A DNA stretch of 64,000 bases from Corallochytrium limacisporum Hawaii (GCA_002811645.1 PDIP01000060.1:1-64000), one strand, 5' to 3'. Shown: positions 31,797 through 46,737, counted from the first letter of the stretch. A program made the numbers and translations. Notes: generated from the sequence alone by a model not told the origin.

Positions 31797-34700
31797 ATAG
31801 ACATCTATGGGTGAAGAGAGCGCGCACCAACCGCCAAGGTGCGATACCCCTACTTGCACAAGCAACACAACGCGTACTTTAGACAAAAAACCAACGAGCA
31901 CAGAGACGAGTGGCTAAGCTGTGTATCAATAGAAAGGTGACAGAAGCCCAGGATTCCCCTCTGTGACGAACAAATCAATATATTTTGGCATTTGCCAACG
32001 TAGCTTTCCATAAGAATCAGAATATCCTTAATTTTTGATTTTCTTGATTTTAAATCAAATAACGGGCATACATGGGTTCACCCCACTTATGTACACATAT
32101 ACTGTTGTTGGATCTTGGAGGAGGAAGATAGTTGGTAGAAAAAGCCGCTGTTCTTCAGAGGTCACTGGTGGTTTTCTTACACACCCAATTCCTCTTCCCC
32201 CCCCCCTCCTCCCCCTATTTTTTCCCTTTACACCTCTAACTTCATTATCGTGCCCCCCCCCCCCACGTCCGTGTAGGAATGGAGGAAGGGGGGTTGGACT
32301 GATTTGCGGTCTGCTTCCAACCTACTGGAGGTAATAGCTGCGATGGCTGCTGGTCGACGATTGCCTATACCAATTTAACACACTGCAGCGCCGATCGAGG
32401 AGAAAAAGCCTTTGGGGAGAAAAAACTGCCGCAGTTAAAAGAATTCCGACGGCTGAGAAGCGACCCCACCCCCGGACCACAACTGTACATAGAACTCCGG
32501 TGGGGAAGCGAGGCGAATGAAAAAAGAAGGTGAGAAAAACACCCGTCCCTCCCCCACCGTTGCTGTGTCAAGAAAAAGAAAACAAGGGGGTAGATCTCTT
32601 ACGAACAATATGGCCACTGACCCCATGACCAAAAAAATCAGTGTTTGTGAAGTGTTGAAATGTGACTGTTGTGTATGTTCAAAGGGTGATACAACAAACG
32701 CTTACGTAGTGGATACACTGACTGCAACCCATCGGTCAACATCGGCTTTCTTCACAATTGCGGGCCGTGGATGCGCAGGCACTAAAAGTGCAAATGAATA
32801 AAAAAGGATATCATGTGGATACTGCCGAATTGTTTGATAAAAACGTTGATGGGGTGAGGTTTAGATCCCATGGGGAAGACTATACTTAGAGCTATGGCAG
32901 TTGACGCAGAGAGGCATACATTAGAGCCAGCCATGCAGCCCCAACCGAAATGCGTCGCGAGAATGAAAGGAGGAGAAAGGGAGATGGCTAGGAAGAACTG
33001 GGACGTGAAGGCTGGTTTTGGCTGGGTCGGAAGAATGAAAAAAAAAAAAGAAACTGGAAGAGTGAGAGAAGTGCGTGACTGCGGGCGTGCGTGCGTCCTT
33101 CCCTTCACTCCCCCTCCCAACCTGCGCGTAAGACGGGCAAGGACTGTCCATATGTCATACAGTATTGGCTTAGATTGGTGGTGGTTGGAACCTTACCGAC
33201 AGAGGAGAAGAAAGGAGAAGAACAGCGGGAGGAGTTTTCTGCAGTAGTCGTAGTATAGTACGATAGGACTACCACCGAAATAGGACTTACCGTACTTCCT
33301 TAACCCATCACAATCCTTTCCACGGCACGGACCAACAGTAGTGGGAGTGGCAAGGAGAAGTAAAAAGACATCGGGGTGCTGTGCAAGGCAGGCAAATTAA
33401 ACCTCATCTGCAACACAGCCAGGGATATGTGCCCCATTAACGTTTTGCCTTTCGTTTCTTGCTGTCGTGTGCCATTTTTTGCTGTGTCCACGACTTCATT
33501 CCTAAACCCTCTGACACCAATTCACACTATTCCTCTCCTTCCTCCCTCTCCTTCATTTTTCGTAGGTACTTTTTCATACTTGTGTATTTCGATTCTCCTT
33601 TTTCACACCCACGCATGCATTCGCCAGATGATATGCCAAAATGTCGATTCTGACAACAAATTCGCGTCAAAGCAATGTACTCCGCAGCATATCACCAGTA
33701 ACTGGCTCACTCCCACACACGCATTATCAGGTAGTACTCCTGCTTACTTTGTCCGCCCCTCCCCTCCGACAGATTTCTTGAAACAAAACACACACGCCAC
33801 CCCGCCTCCTCCTCCTCTCCTCCCCCCCCCCTTCCCCTGCGCCAAAACAAGCTCGCATTTTTCGCGATAATGAAATTAAAAGGAACACTGGCAAAGGGCG
33901 TTTCCGCACTTCACCCACAGAGACCCCACCCCTCTGTGTCCCTTCCCCAGCTACCAACTGCTGCACACCCCCGGGAAGGATGAAACAGAAAAAGCGAAAT
34001 AGAATGCCAAAACAGAAAAATGGGACATCCGCCACGATTTCTTCACTATGGGAATCGACATCCAAAGTGACCTCACACGGGGCTGAGAGCGTCTTTAAGG
34101 AAGTGATAAAGGCAAAAAAGTGGTGTCTGCCTCCCAAAGAGAACCCCACCACAGCAATTTGTCAACTTTCAGATTTCCTTCTCTTCATTTTCCCCGAGGC
34201 ATAGTCATTATACTACATTTTCTGATGTGGTTTCAATTTCCGATGTCGCACCGCAAGATGGTCTTCAAAATTCCGACTATTCCTCCGCCTTTTGCCCGGG
34301 AAGTGTTTCCGATTCCATTGTCGCCAGCCTAGCCCTCCCGGCGCCAGGGATGGGCACAAGTACATTAGGTAGCTAATACAGGTGGTCACCACCAAGAGAA
34401 CATTTTTGGTCACCCGTCGCGACCATCTCTCTGGTATAAAGGAAGGCGGAATAAACAGCGCACCAAAATCCTCACACAACAAAATGTCATCGCATCATCA
34501 TCATCATACTTATCATCATCGGAATATGGAAAACAAAGGACAAATGGGTAACCAACTAATGACCAGATGAGCGAACCCCCACCCTTTCTGGCCCAGCGGT
34601 GGGACCCCTTGGGGGGAGGGAGGGGGAAGAGGCAAAAGGAGAGGGCGGGCGGTCACACTCTCCCATCGTTAAAGACAACAGGGTCGCAAAAGGACCCAGG

Positions 34701-35684
34701 CAAAATCAGGGGTTTGGCGGAAATAGCAACACTATCGGAGCAGGACCCAGCGGATGAGATCCAACACCACCCCCTCCCAAACCCTACACTCGTAGCTGGC
34801 ATTGATGTACAACACCATTTCGGAACAATGGTAGTTGGGGAAGTCGCAAATCACAGAAGAATGTTAAACCCACACACGCCCTAAAATAACAATAGTCCGG
34901 GGAGGTAGGAACAGAAAAGATAGTCCATTATCAAACAAAATGAATAGCCGGATGGTACAAGATACTCTACACTGGAATCGAGACCCTAAACGCGCGTCAC
35001 ATCGCTCCATCCCGTTCTTATATCGCCCCTATCCGCACCGCTGAAAATTTGACATTTGTATTGTACTACCGCCTATCATCTCAGGTGTCAAAATATATTT
35101 GACTATTGCACTTCCACATTGGCTCGATGTTCCACATTCTTTATGCCCACCACTAATTGGCAGTTCGACCTTCTCAGATTTAGGGCGGCTAACAGATAAA
35201 ATAAGGTCAACATGTGAAGAAAATTGAAAAGGGGAGAAAAATTAGTGTGGGTGATTTTGTCCATTCTTCCTTTCTTCTTCTTCATCGTCATATTCTTCTT
35301 TCCTCCCTCTGAGTCATATAAGTTGTGCGCTTCCGCAGCAACAATGTGTGTGTGTGTGTGTGGTCCACGTCCCCGTCATTTTTCTTATCTACCTGGCAGG
35401 TTAGGAGAGGCCACACGACACGTACACAGAAACATTGGAAGGGACACCCCATGTGCGATGTACCATACCACCGGGGAAGGACACACAGGCGCGCTCTACC
35501 GAATTCCACATCGGATAATTCTGGGTTCCACCATCCGAATCTCGACGCTTGTTTCAAACGCATAAGGTACTTTCGTACGTCTATGTTCTGACATAACTCA
35601 AAGGACACACTATCTGTGAATCGATCAGGGAGAACTAATTGTTTTCTGCTTTGCTGAAGCCGCATCCAGCCATAATCTACCAGA

Positions 35685-36458
35685 ATGACAATCAACGTAG
35701 GGGACGATTTGTGGTGCGACAAGGGCCCGGGGTGGTGGGGTGGGTGTATTGAGGTCAGTATTTCTGCAGTGGTGTTAGTTTAACCTCATCGATAGGCTCT
35801 TCATCCTCCCATTAATGGTTCGTACAGAGTCCTTGGTGCAGGCTAAGAGACACAATCTTAACGGTTACTCGTTTCCTTATGTGCATCAAACCTAATGTGT
35901 TGGATATTACCGTCGTCTCTTATCAGCAGCCCCGATTCCCTTTGGAGTCCTGCTTTGTAGAGAAGCGGGGACTCAGACGACAACCACTCAGAAAATCTTC
36001 CTCCATTCATACCACATGAAACGAATCACCACGCATGGCACATCCATCCCTTGGAATCAGATAGCTCACGCAGCACCATGTTCTTTGTCTATACGACGCT
36101 GCTTGGTCTCATGCTTGCGTGCAAGAGGAACGGGCAACATGACACCTACGGAGACTGAATAATGCAACTCCCGCCTCCTTCATACGAGTGGACACGTTGG
36201 TTTAGCTCTGACCCTGGCAATGCAAATTATGATTCCCTATACTGTGGTTGGAAGCTGTCGATGGCATGTTTTCTTCATTCTTCCTTGGAGAGTGTTGGGT
36301 TGGTATTACCGAAGGTGACGCTCGTGTGGGCGGTCGTTGCGAGCACGTTGCTTGCCGTGTGGATGTGCACGCATACGAAGAAGAAAGAAACTCTGCTAAG
36401 CACCCAAGCTTCACAAGGGAACGGTACACCAAACAGATCCGTCGAAACAACATACTGA
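35685..36458 (+). pseudogene. Possible decayed multi-pass membrane gene
   Basis: Successive hydrophobic segments in shifting frames: CIEVSISAVVLV*, MFFVYTTLLGLMLAC, GHVGLALTLAMQIMIPYTVVG, VGLVLPKVTLVWAVVASTLLAVWMC followed by KKK. No family recognised. Confidence 0.25.
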
Positions 36459-39449
36459 ATTACTTCAAAGTGACACAAGAATCAAAAGGAGAACGTGTTG
36501 GGCACGCATTGAAGTTTATGGCCCGAAAAACTTGTGCCTTAACATGCATTGCATTGCATGCCACACGAGTCAATTTTTTTTCTCTTCTCACACCGGGCAT
36601 GCTCAAGGACAACATACGGAGTTTATATTCCATGCGATCAAGAATCAAAGCGACGACCCGCAGTCGTTGTAGAACACATACAAACAAACTACTTTTTAAT
36701 ATATGGCAATTGTCGTTCATCACAGGCAACTTTTTCATTCATTCTTTTGCTCACGCGGACGAATGTTTATGATGCAAATAAAGCGTTGTTTAGAAGCCGT
36801 AACCACACACGTTTTTAAATGATGCTTTTCTCGGTCGAACGGGAATCATCAGGTAGATCCCGACAGGGCACCACATGAACGATCCTATACGTACACCACA
36901 CCCTTGATCAGAACAGATGACACCGGAAGTTTCCCGCTGTAGATTAGTGACGGTGACGGTGTCTGCAACCTCACCGAACGAAACTGTACCATTCATTCCT
37001 CGAGCAATACGGTTTCCTGGTGAGAAACGAAAAGAATCTTCTATCCCAAAGAAAACAGGTTACTCTCCCACCCGACCACCGGTCGCCTAAGGTACCGTTG
37101 CATTAATCTCAGGGGATCCGAAACTTGAACAACGTGGGTGGAAAGTCCACGGGGAAGAGATAGAAGTTCCAATCAGAGAACAACGCGAAGTCTTCTTGGA
37201 TCTACTACAACACGTCTAATGATGATAGGAAAAAAAATGCAGAATTGAAAAACATCGAGACGCTAGAGCCACGGAGGTATCTGTCATCATATCTCACTTG
37301 TCCAAGATAGATCTAACAAAGACCGTAAAGAATCGCGGGATTTTTCGCACAAGTATCTACTCTGAGATATGATGAACCAGGAAAGCGCAGAGCGAATCAA
37401 TACCGGTACTGATAGGCAAGTGCCACACCTGTCGTTCTCTTCCCATCTGCTGAGAACGGGGACAATTTGGGCATGTGGGTGGGTTGGTGTGTGGTGTGAA
37501 ACTAAAACAAGAAACAAACGGCACACGCACCCCCCGCTCCCCGGAGTTGATAGAGGGATTGCAGAGATCACCCACCAACATCATGGAGTTGATACGACCG
37601 CCGCTCGATTGGGTCGTTCGGGCGTGTTCTTTGGCACGATAGCGCGGAGAACGGGAAGAAAGGTTGTACAGGAAGATGCTACAACACAAGCCCAGGAACA
37701 GGTATCTCACAAGTTTTCCTTCTGTTGGTTGATATACTGTAGAAATGGTTCAATGGTTGCGTGAGGAATGTGTACTATTGGCAGGGGATGAATGTGATGT
37801 GTGTGGGCTGTATGTCCTGATCTCCGTCGGAGCTCCGTAGTTGGCCTCGACAATAGGGGTCCTCCGGAACACGAGAAGAAGCATTTTGTTGTGCAGTGTG
37901 CCAAGGGGCACATTGATTGACGTACATGGCACGCTATTTTAATTGCCAGGTCGCTCTATTCGTGTTCCATAGTTCCCTTTCAACGAACGGGAATGTAGCA
38001 AGGGTCTCAAACTATCTCTCCGCTAGGAACTCATGGAAGCCATGTGAAACTGGCAAAATTTTAATGCAGAGAAGATAAAAAACACAAAGGACCACCGCTA
38101 GGAACTTGGTATCACATGAACACAAGAGCATATATACTGACACTATGCGCCAATGCAAAACTGTCCGAGTGGGTAGATATACACAGTTGTGACCTCACGG
38201 TGAGCCACGCCAATGGCACCATGGCCTGCGTATCTCGCGATTCTGCGCAAACACCTGGCAGGGGGTGTTCTTCTCATTGTGGCCCCGGAAGTTTTAATCT
38301 CCGTTTGTAGATGGTACAGTTTAAAATTGGCCAGACAGAATGTTCTACAATTCTTGCCATGATAATGAGTTTGCACCGTGAACATGCTTGGTCGCGGACC
38401 TCATACATACAGAACAATAATACATTCTCATGTGTCCCTTGCTATCTTTCCCACCAGGTCACTCTAGTGTTCTAGCATACTTTCCATTGCTTCGAACCAT
38501 TCCCTTCTATTTTTTGTCACAGTGGCCTAGATATCGTTGTAGGAACGAAAGGCGTTCCAGTTATGATGTGGTGACACTTGTGGCATGAATTTAAGTTGTA
38601 TCTGTAAGAGCAGACTCCGAGGGGAGTGGAAAAAGTTTCTTCGCATAGTTCAATGTTTCTGCTGTGCCACATTGGACACTACTAAGACGAACAATGCCTG
38701 AACAAGCGGGACATATGCCAACCTTAGGCATGTTTGTTTGATTATAAACTCCGAAACTCAGGAACGCCTCAGATCACCACACCGCTTGAGGTTTCCGAGT
38801 TCCGTTTGGTCACGCAGAGGAGCGCGCCAAAAATACATACACATAGTATGGCATTCATGACCCCTACAGCACCCGGAAAGAGAAGAATCCCAGGGAAGTC
38901 GATCTGTTGGATGCCGTCATGAATGCATTCTTCTGCATTTGGTACCCGGGGTTTTTAACAGCTGGCACGCACAGAGAAGGAATGTGTGTGTTTGGCTTCT
39001 TTTACGACCGGAGGAGAGTTTGCAGTCTCCCTTCAGATCATCTAACGATGTTGCAAGATTATAAGTGACACCATGCTTCAACAGAGGTCCAACCTGGTGC
39101 ACAACAACTAAGCATAACTGATACAATTTGTAAACAGAAATGTTGCTTCAAGGAGCCGGACCCCCAAGAAAAAAACTCCATCTCGCGAAACAAATCCCAG
39201 GTGGGATCTGGTATTCAAGCCAGGAAATTTTCAGTGCCAGAGATTCTCGGTTCCGTGGCCAACGAGAAGTCAGTGACGGATATTGCTTTTGTACATGATC
39301 ATATAAAGTCAAAAGTAGACCACTGCCCCCTGGGTGGAAGTGTCAAGGGGGTGGCGCAGAAGCAAAGGGGGCTGGCCACAATCGAAGCCACAGCGATACA
39401 TTAGGGGAGAAAACCCATCATTCCGTTAAAAATCGCCACTGAGTCACGG

Positions 39450-41502
39450 TGAAGCTTCAGAACTGGGCATTGGCACCATTCCTGCTTAACTATCTCGTTC
39501 ACATTCAGATCGCCACGGGTAAAGCCTGAATATCAGACAAGACCACGGACGAGTCCTCTACGACAAGCTGCTTCATAGCGCCATATTGAACCATAGATTT
39601 CATTCAGAAGACCCTACCAGTCCGGAAACACTGTGTGTATGTGTGAAAGCGAACGAAATAGGATTTCATACACAGCGAATGATTGTGGTATCATGGGACT
39701 TCTTGTGGTAGGTCCGAGGGGCTCGATCTAGTTTGCTCAGCCTTGAAACTGTAAGGCTCGTGAAGTACTCCGCTGGCAAGCCCCTTCTACCAAGACCTGC
39801 CACCCAGGAAACACACCAGGTTTTGCATGAGATCTGTGTCTGAAATGACCCAATAGTTCGGCTTCGGAGAGCAGGCCCGTTTTGAGGGGGACCGAATCGA
39901 CGTTTTTCGGTCAAAGTTGCCTTATATTTGGTAACGGCAATCAACGATTCATTCGCTAAAGAATGGGAACCTCAAGCAAGGTCGGAGATGTGGTGGAGCA
40001 TGGTCAGCATTTCCGATACTCATACGCTACATGGAGGGACATCGCTGATGGAGTAGACTTCACTCTAGTTCGAGCACGCGGAGATCTAACATTTCCGTTG
40101 AGATCACGGATTAGAGTCTTCCTGGTAGACGGTTTCTGAGGTCTTCTGATTGTCGTCTCGCCCATGAAATACATCTCTCCTGAGAATGTGTTCGACAGCT
40201 AAGAAACTGAAAATCACTTTGCACCCAGAAAAGGAAAAGGAGGCAATCCTCTAAAACCAAGTTCAACGTTAGATCTCCGAGGAATGTCTCACTAAAACCA
40301 AAACACGAAGAACAGATTTCCTTTAGGTTGCAGAAATGGAGTGTGCTCAAAACAGCGCATGTTCCCAGGGTAGAAGCAATCGACAACGTACCTAATCAAA
40401 TTGGTTTATAGGACAACGACACCCCACATAAAAGTGAAAGGAGGGGGCGGGCGTAATAGCCAATATCATGGCATGGCGCGGGTAGGATCATCAACATCAC
40501 ACCTCACTCCGACAATAGACAGACTGTAAACACTCCCTACCAATTTTAACGGTAGGGACATTTCAACCCGAGAGGATGTTGTCCGAGTCGCCACTTTAAG
40601 GTATCACGCTTCTGCCGAAGGTGATGATGTCTCCCTACCCTATGCTTCCGGCAGTATCATATACCTAAAGTATCACTTTGCGGGCTACCATTCCCGTAAA
40701 AGCGACGTAATTGCATGAGTCGAAAATGGAAGGCAGAGTGGTCAGGAGGGCAGCTGCTATTCCGGCATACAACATCCTTAAGAGTATCCGACTAACCAAG
40801 AGTCATCGAATGATTCCTTGCGGACAGGGGCGTGTAGAAAAGTAACTTCTCTAAATCTTTCTTCAACGCAGTGTAACCTGAGTGGTTTTGTTTGTCCTTA
40901 TTTCTCCGCCGAGTCCTTGCCGCTCAGGCAACTCCTACATCCCGAACGCCTGTGTGGACGACGATGCGCGTGAGCCTCGACTTGGGAATTCTTTCACTAT
41001 GAAATGAGGCTGGAATGCCACAAGACAAGTACACATTCTCGACAGTGTGAATAGGAAGGAGGAGATCATTAGGGTCTTGTCTCTTGAACATGAGATGTAC
41101 TGTTGTACTGCAAGAGCTCCATTTTTCAACTGCCCACCTTGGGAATTCTATACTCTGCATACCGCGAAGAGTCCTTGGGTACTGCAGGTCCTGTTTGCAT
41201 TCCGTTTCCGGTGGAATGGTTTTGTAGGAAAAGGGTGGTAAGTGGGTCAACAAGATTCGTTCTCCCGATCCGATGGGCTGAGAGTTGAGGAAGTAGCAGT
41301 GGCAGAAGTAGTTGGAATACTTACGTGAGAGGAAGACGTGACTGCTCCGAAGAGCAACACGGCAAGGCCCTCTCGATCGAAAATACCCCGCAACCAGTTT
41401 CTCATTTAGTTCTTCTGCCGGCCACATGATGTAGTTTCGTCGTAATATGCTTTGTCTAGAGCTCCTGAATAGTGTGACGACGGTGTGAGCGTACCTCGAC
41501 AT
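39450..41502 (-). pseudogene. BspA/TpLRR-type (LRR_5) leucine-rich-repeat gene relic
   Basis: Several colinear minus-strand fragments match LxxIxIPxxVxxIGxxAF: MQSIEFP, LTRIVVHTGVRDVG (about 40930-40975), FREVTF..VRKESF, VPTVKIGRECL (about 40530-40560), ILPAPCHDIGYYA (about 40450-40490), LSTLHFCNLKEICSSCF, KVIF..AVEHILRRDVFHG. They are separated by stops and frameshifts. Confidence 0.55.
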
Positions 41503-43528
41503 CGTAGTGAGCGAGATCTCATTCGTTCCGTTTACTTCCTTTATGTGGTCACAGGATATGTTGTTCTGACAGTGCTTTTCCCCTTGGGTGTCCGTCCGAT
41601 TCCTCTACTGAGTCACAGGTTTGTGTTTCATCGCAGTGGTGTGTCTTGGTTCTCTTCATTCGATTATCAGTCATAGGAGCTCCAAATGTTTCAGTGTAAC
41701 TAGGCTGATATGAGATAATTCTGCTGCGGACGGAGATGCTGCACGTTGCGTTCGCAAGAAAGTGGCGGTTGTCCTCGGCGGTGACAGTTTGCGATCCGGA
41801 CGAAAAAAAAAATGCAAAAAACGGCTCGTCGGAAAAAGTGACGGGGACAAGCTCAGGGGGGGGCGGGGGGTTCAAAATAATAGTGCACCGCACTGCTTGC
41901 ACAGAACACACTTGTGCTGGGGCCAATTTTATTTGTCAGGAGAAAATCCTGCCTCCGTGATTTACACTCTCAAGAGCACGATCCACTATTAAAACAAGCA
42001 ACAGCTCTTTCAGTGAATCATACTACTGGTATGAATTCTATTACGAAATGACGGTGCAGCAGCGAGACCCTTTTCTGTAATGCTGCTCCTTGCAGCTTGC
42101 AGCTTGCGCGTGCGTCGCGCGGGGGGGGGGTGTGTGTGGGGGTTTGTCATTGCGTCTGTGGTCGGAGGAGAGCCGGTCGTCGAGCTGTTCCAACATAGCG
42201 GTATCTCCTCCATGACACGTAAACGGCAAGTCTAGGAAGAGTTGGTATCACTCCGTCGTGAACTAAGGTGACAGGTGCCAAACAAGAAATTAGGATGTTT
42301 TTGAAATAAGCAATTCATTCGCCGTCGTTCCTGCCATTAATAACTTGGTTCCTATTTCTTTGTTGAATATCACTTACTATTAGGAATTTGCCAGGTGGAC
42401 ACAATGACCCCGAATATGCAGTAGATTCGATGAAGGGGCGAGATAAAAAGGTAGAGCGAGGAAATCCCATGTTCCGCGCACCGAAGGAAGGAGGAAACTT
42501 GCCGCCTACTCCCCCCCTCCTTCCCCTTCTTGGGTACCAGGCCGTACTGTGATCTTGGGGGAATCGGACAGATTGACGGCGAAGGGGAGGACAGCGGGCG
42601 CGGGAGGTGGAGAGGTGGCGGTTGCAGGCTGGGGTACAAGAAATCGAGACACGCAGACACACCCACTCCCACCAAAAAGTCGCCACCCCGTACCTTTTTT
42701 CTCAAGACCAAGGACAATCGCGCTGAAGTGGGCTACATTCTCGTCCTTTAATGCGCCGTTCTGTCTTAGCAGCTCTGATGTAGCCGCCTTCGGGGCACAT
42801 GTCATAGCTTTCCTCGTAGAGAAATAGGCGGTTGGATGGATGGATGGTGGGGGTGGTTGTTGTGGAGAATCGATAATTACACCCTTAGCCCCTGGCATTC
42901 TAAGCACGGGGACAAGGTAGGCAGGGGTAGGTCCTTCTTTCCGTGCCCATCCGAAGTGCTTAACCAATCCAGCACAAGGACGGCGACAGATCTTTTGCCA
43001 AACAGAGTATGCATTCTCTGCTTGAGATTTGTCCGATGTCGATGTCTTGCTTGTCCGCGGCATACCACACACACATTATGGCAGGGGGCTCTCATGGACA
43101 AAAAAAACGTGCTGGATGCCTACCTGCCCTCTGAACCTGCGGCTACGGAACAAAAACAACTACGCAAAATAAGAAACATGAGAACATGGGCATCTCCCTA
43201 CTTTCCTCTCTCGAACCCTTTTTTCTCCGCCTAATTGCTCAGTGCGATTTCATTACTAAAACACAGGAAACTGTCACCTGAAATGCCCATTACCTTATCG
43301 TATTCATTAGAACAGTTGGCATCAGCAACGGAGGGGATCATAGTGGAATGTAACCTTGAGAAGCAGCGGGGTCCATCTTCGGCTTGATCGAGGACGGGAA
43401 CGGATAGCACATGTGGGACACTAATGAGCAGTTGAGATGTCCCCTATCAGTGTGCCGACAGTAGAACAAGAAAGTAAAACTTGCCGCACACTTTGAGATA
43501 TCCACAGAAACTGACCGAAGCTTGTTTA

Positions 43529-44140
43529 TCATTGTGTTCTGTTGCATAGGTTGTCATTCCAACAATCTGGCGTACCCATCGTGGGCAAATCGGGGTATCG
43601 GCTTTGGAATGGATCAAAAGTGGAAGCTGAATCCCCAACCAGTTTATCTGGGTAAACCCTCAAAGTGTTTCGCATGAATGGAGGAAAATCATCCATCGCG
43701 TCTCCGACCAAAACAAGGAGTTGCCTTTCCCTGAAAACTCAGAGATCCACGGACATCCTCCCGCATCCTTCATCATGATCTGGTCCGGGGGTTGACAGGT
43801 TTGACAATGTACAGCCCACTCCACATCATCATAACCCCCGCTTTGCAAACACTCACACTACTACCAAGACTCATGACCCCACAGTATCAATCACCGATCA
43901 TCCATTACCACCCAAGACGTTTCTTCGTTTATCAAGATTCGTCATTACAGAGGGGCCGCAAACATTGTGGTGACCCTAAACTTTTCGAATTCAAGCTCCT
44001 GTACTCGCTCCTAAATGACGCTATCCACTGGCATCGACCCGTTAAGTCTCCCTGTTCTCCCAAATCATCTTGTAGGTTACTACCCTGTATAGACATCATT
44101 CATAATCGACACCAATCAATCCATCATCATGACATGGCAT
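43529..44140 (-). pseudogene. HAD-superfamily class B/C acid phosphatase relic
   Basis: In the expected order on the minus strand: VMMMD* (eroded DxD), VMTN (motif II), DQIMMK, REDVRGSLSFQG, then QLLVLVGDAMDDFP (about 43683-43723), which matches motif IV IVxLVGDNLDDF of e(P4)-type phosphatases. Frameshifted. Confidence 0.42.
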
Positions 44141-46735
44141 GCACGCAGACATACACTGAGGTTCGAATGAATGCAGTTTTGCATGTAAGAGTAGCATCCT
44201 TGTATGCCTGCGGCTAATGTATGCTTAATATTTAGGGGGCGAGGCGTCGGATTATAGAATGTAGTGTGCTCAGCATGCCCTTCCCTGCCATGTGAATGCG
44301 GACAAAACATGGAGGGAGAAGCAAGGGTCCCTAGCGGGCATCATGCAAGATGAGAAACTGATCCCACTTGTCTCTAATTGCCCCGGCTGAAGTAGAACAA
44401 GATTCTTGCCCTCCGTGGGCTCACATAAGACAACACTCCTTGTGATCACATCCACATCAGAGATTCGTTGCACAGTGTCAGTCCTAATATGCGCCCAATT
44501 AACGTCCATCGATAGCAGATCAGATTGCAGTATTGTTGCTGTTGTGATGCCCAGTGCAAGCCAGTCATCCACACATCATCATGCATATCTCTCCGCTCTG
44601 GAACGCAAAGTAGCACCTGGTCCATGATCTGGATGATGGCATAATGACAGTATAACATGGTGGCCGCAGGAAGTGGAAGCTATGGCAAGAGATGGTGGTT
44701 AGGGCACGGACACACGGTGGGATGAGATTTGGAACGGTGTGCGCAAATCGTGCCCCCTCCGCGGGCAGGGGACTACGAAGAAGAGTGGGGTGATTGACCG
44801 CTGCCGGGTTTTGTGATGTCTTAGAGCATGTTCTGTTGCGTGCCTGATTTCCTGCGACACTTGGTGTGCGTAAAGTGTTGTCACTATCTTTCCTCCGAGC
44901 TGCTTCTTTACGGTCGCTATTACCCATTTTCTTGCCTCTCCGGGTTTACGGTAGGTCGATTTCCTTCTAACCGTCCTCACATGGAAGGCCATGCCCACAC
45001 CAGCGCCGCACCTTGCCACATGCAACCAGGCTATGTCATCGTACGAGTAATACATATTATGCATGAAGAAGAGCTTGCTTATCCCTCATGCGCACCACTA
45101 CGACCACAAGGCAAAAACGGACACCCCAACGTAGGCGTGCCATCGTAGGGACAAAGTTTGTTGCTTCGATTTAAGGGCCCCTGACCAAACTGCGAAACTC
45201 CGTCTCATGAACAACCAGCGGCAATGAATTGTTTCGATTGGGACCTAAAGGCCAACAGACGTGATACATCTCTTGTATAGTCCGCTACTGGCGTGTGAGG
45301 AAAGCGAACACCCGGGCGGCCCCGGGGAGGGTGCGACGGGGTGGGGGGTGACTCATGTGTGCCTCATTCCATATGCGTCCCTTGTTTCCTTAGAGTTCTA
45401 TCTGTGCCATCATTCGCCCTTTTCATTCTTTGTCTTCTAATTTCGTTTTTGGTTTGCATTGTCGCTACATCAAGCTCGTAGATGGCTTGCTGTACAAAGT
45501 AAGTGGGCGACCCCGGCGGTTGATAAGAAGAAAGGAGGCGGTTACGTGCGGAGGTAGGCCCCTCGCCGCGCCCCGGGGAGGGTGGAGAGGAGTGGTCCCC
45601 GAAAAAGGGGAGCGGACGATCAAAAACGAAAAAAAAAAATGAAAAGAAAATGGAAAGAAAGGAAAACGAGGAACGCAGCCAACAGGGGACAGAATTTGGA
45701 AGGAGATACGCGGAGTACTGAGGGAAGGAAACAAGGGGTTACCTTTCTTCCATTGTTTTCTCAGTTTTCTATTACTTTATACGTATGCTCCACACCCCCT
45801 AAAGTTGGTGATTATTGTCCTACTGTAGAGGGGTGTGACGGGAGAAACTTGAAGAAAAAAATGAAACTTTACAACGGACCGAACGTGTGTAATGCACCGC
45901 GTAAGCCACTGACATGTTCTATTAGAAATATATCTGACAATCTGGCTGCATGGCATGCTTACCCCCGGGCTAAGGAAGCGTTCAGTTTTGAGAAAAAAAA
46001 AAGAAAAAAGAGAAATAAGAAATAAAGAGAAGGGGAACGAGCCACCGCCTGCTTCTTTCTTATTCATTCCTGTCGATTGGGAGGGGGAGGGAAGGAGAAG
46101 GGGGGGTACGCAGATCTCCTGATTGAGCCAGGCCGAGTGGCGAAGTCATTTTCATGGCAGTGACACAAAACTGGCGCGCAAGTGCGTCAAAGAGGTCGGC
46201 TCATAGGTATTTGGGGTTGTGCATTCCGCCTGCCTCTCTCATTCCTTCACCGTCCTCCTTTATTCTGACCCCGTTGTCGTGTCGTGTCAATTCCGGGACA
46301 CCCCCTCCCCAATTCTTCTACCCCCAGTACCGACGTACTTGTTACCCCTTATTGGGTGATGTAGGTTTTACGTTCGCGTTTTTTTTGTTCGGTAGAATGA
46401 AAGGCGCAACAAGCATTTTTTCTTTTTAAAGAGAAAATGGGTCAGCACAATACCTCTGCCCAGGCAAAACCTCTCCGAACGTGGTCTATGGCTCAAGGGG
46501 GGGAGGGGGTCATGACAAGCGACTTAGAGCTATTGCAAATCGCTCGGCTACCGCGATCCCGGTCCTTTCTTGGGGAATGGTACTGCCATTTTTGTATGGG
46601 TCGCGTCCACCCACCGACCTTCCTTCAACATTCGGCGACGCTGGAGAGGCGGTAGAGAGTGTTTTCTTCTCTCGCCCCGCCCTGCATCGCGCTCTTTTTG
46701 GTTTTCGGAGCTCTCTCGGCTCCCCCTCCCACCGT

Positions 46736-46737
<2 letters not shown>

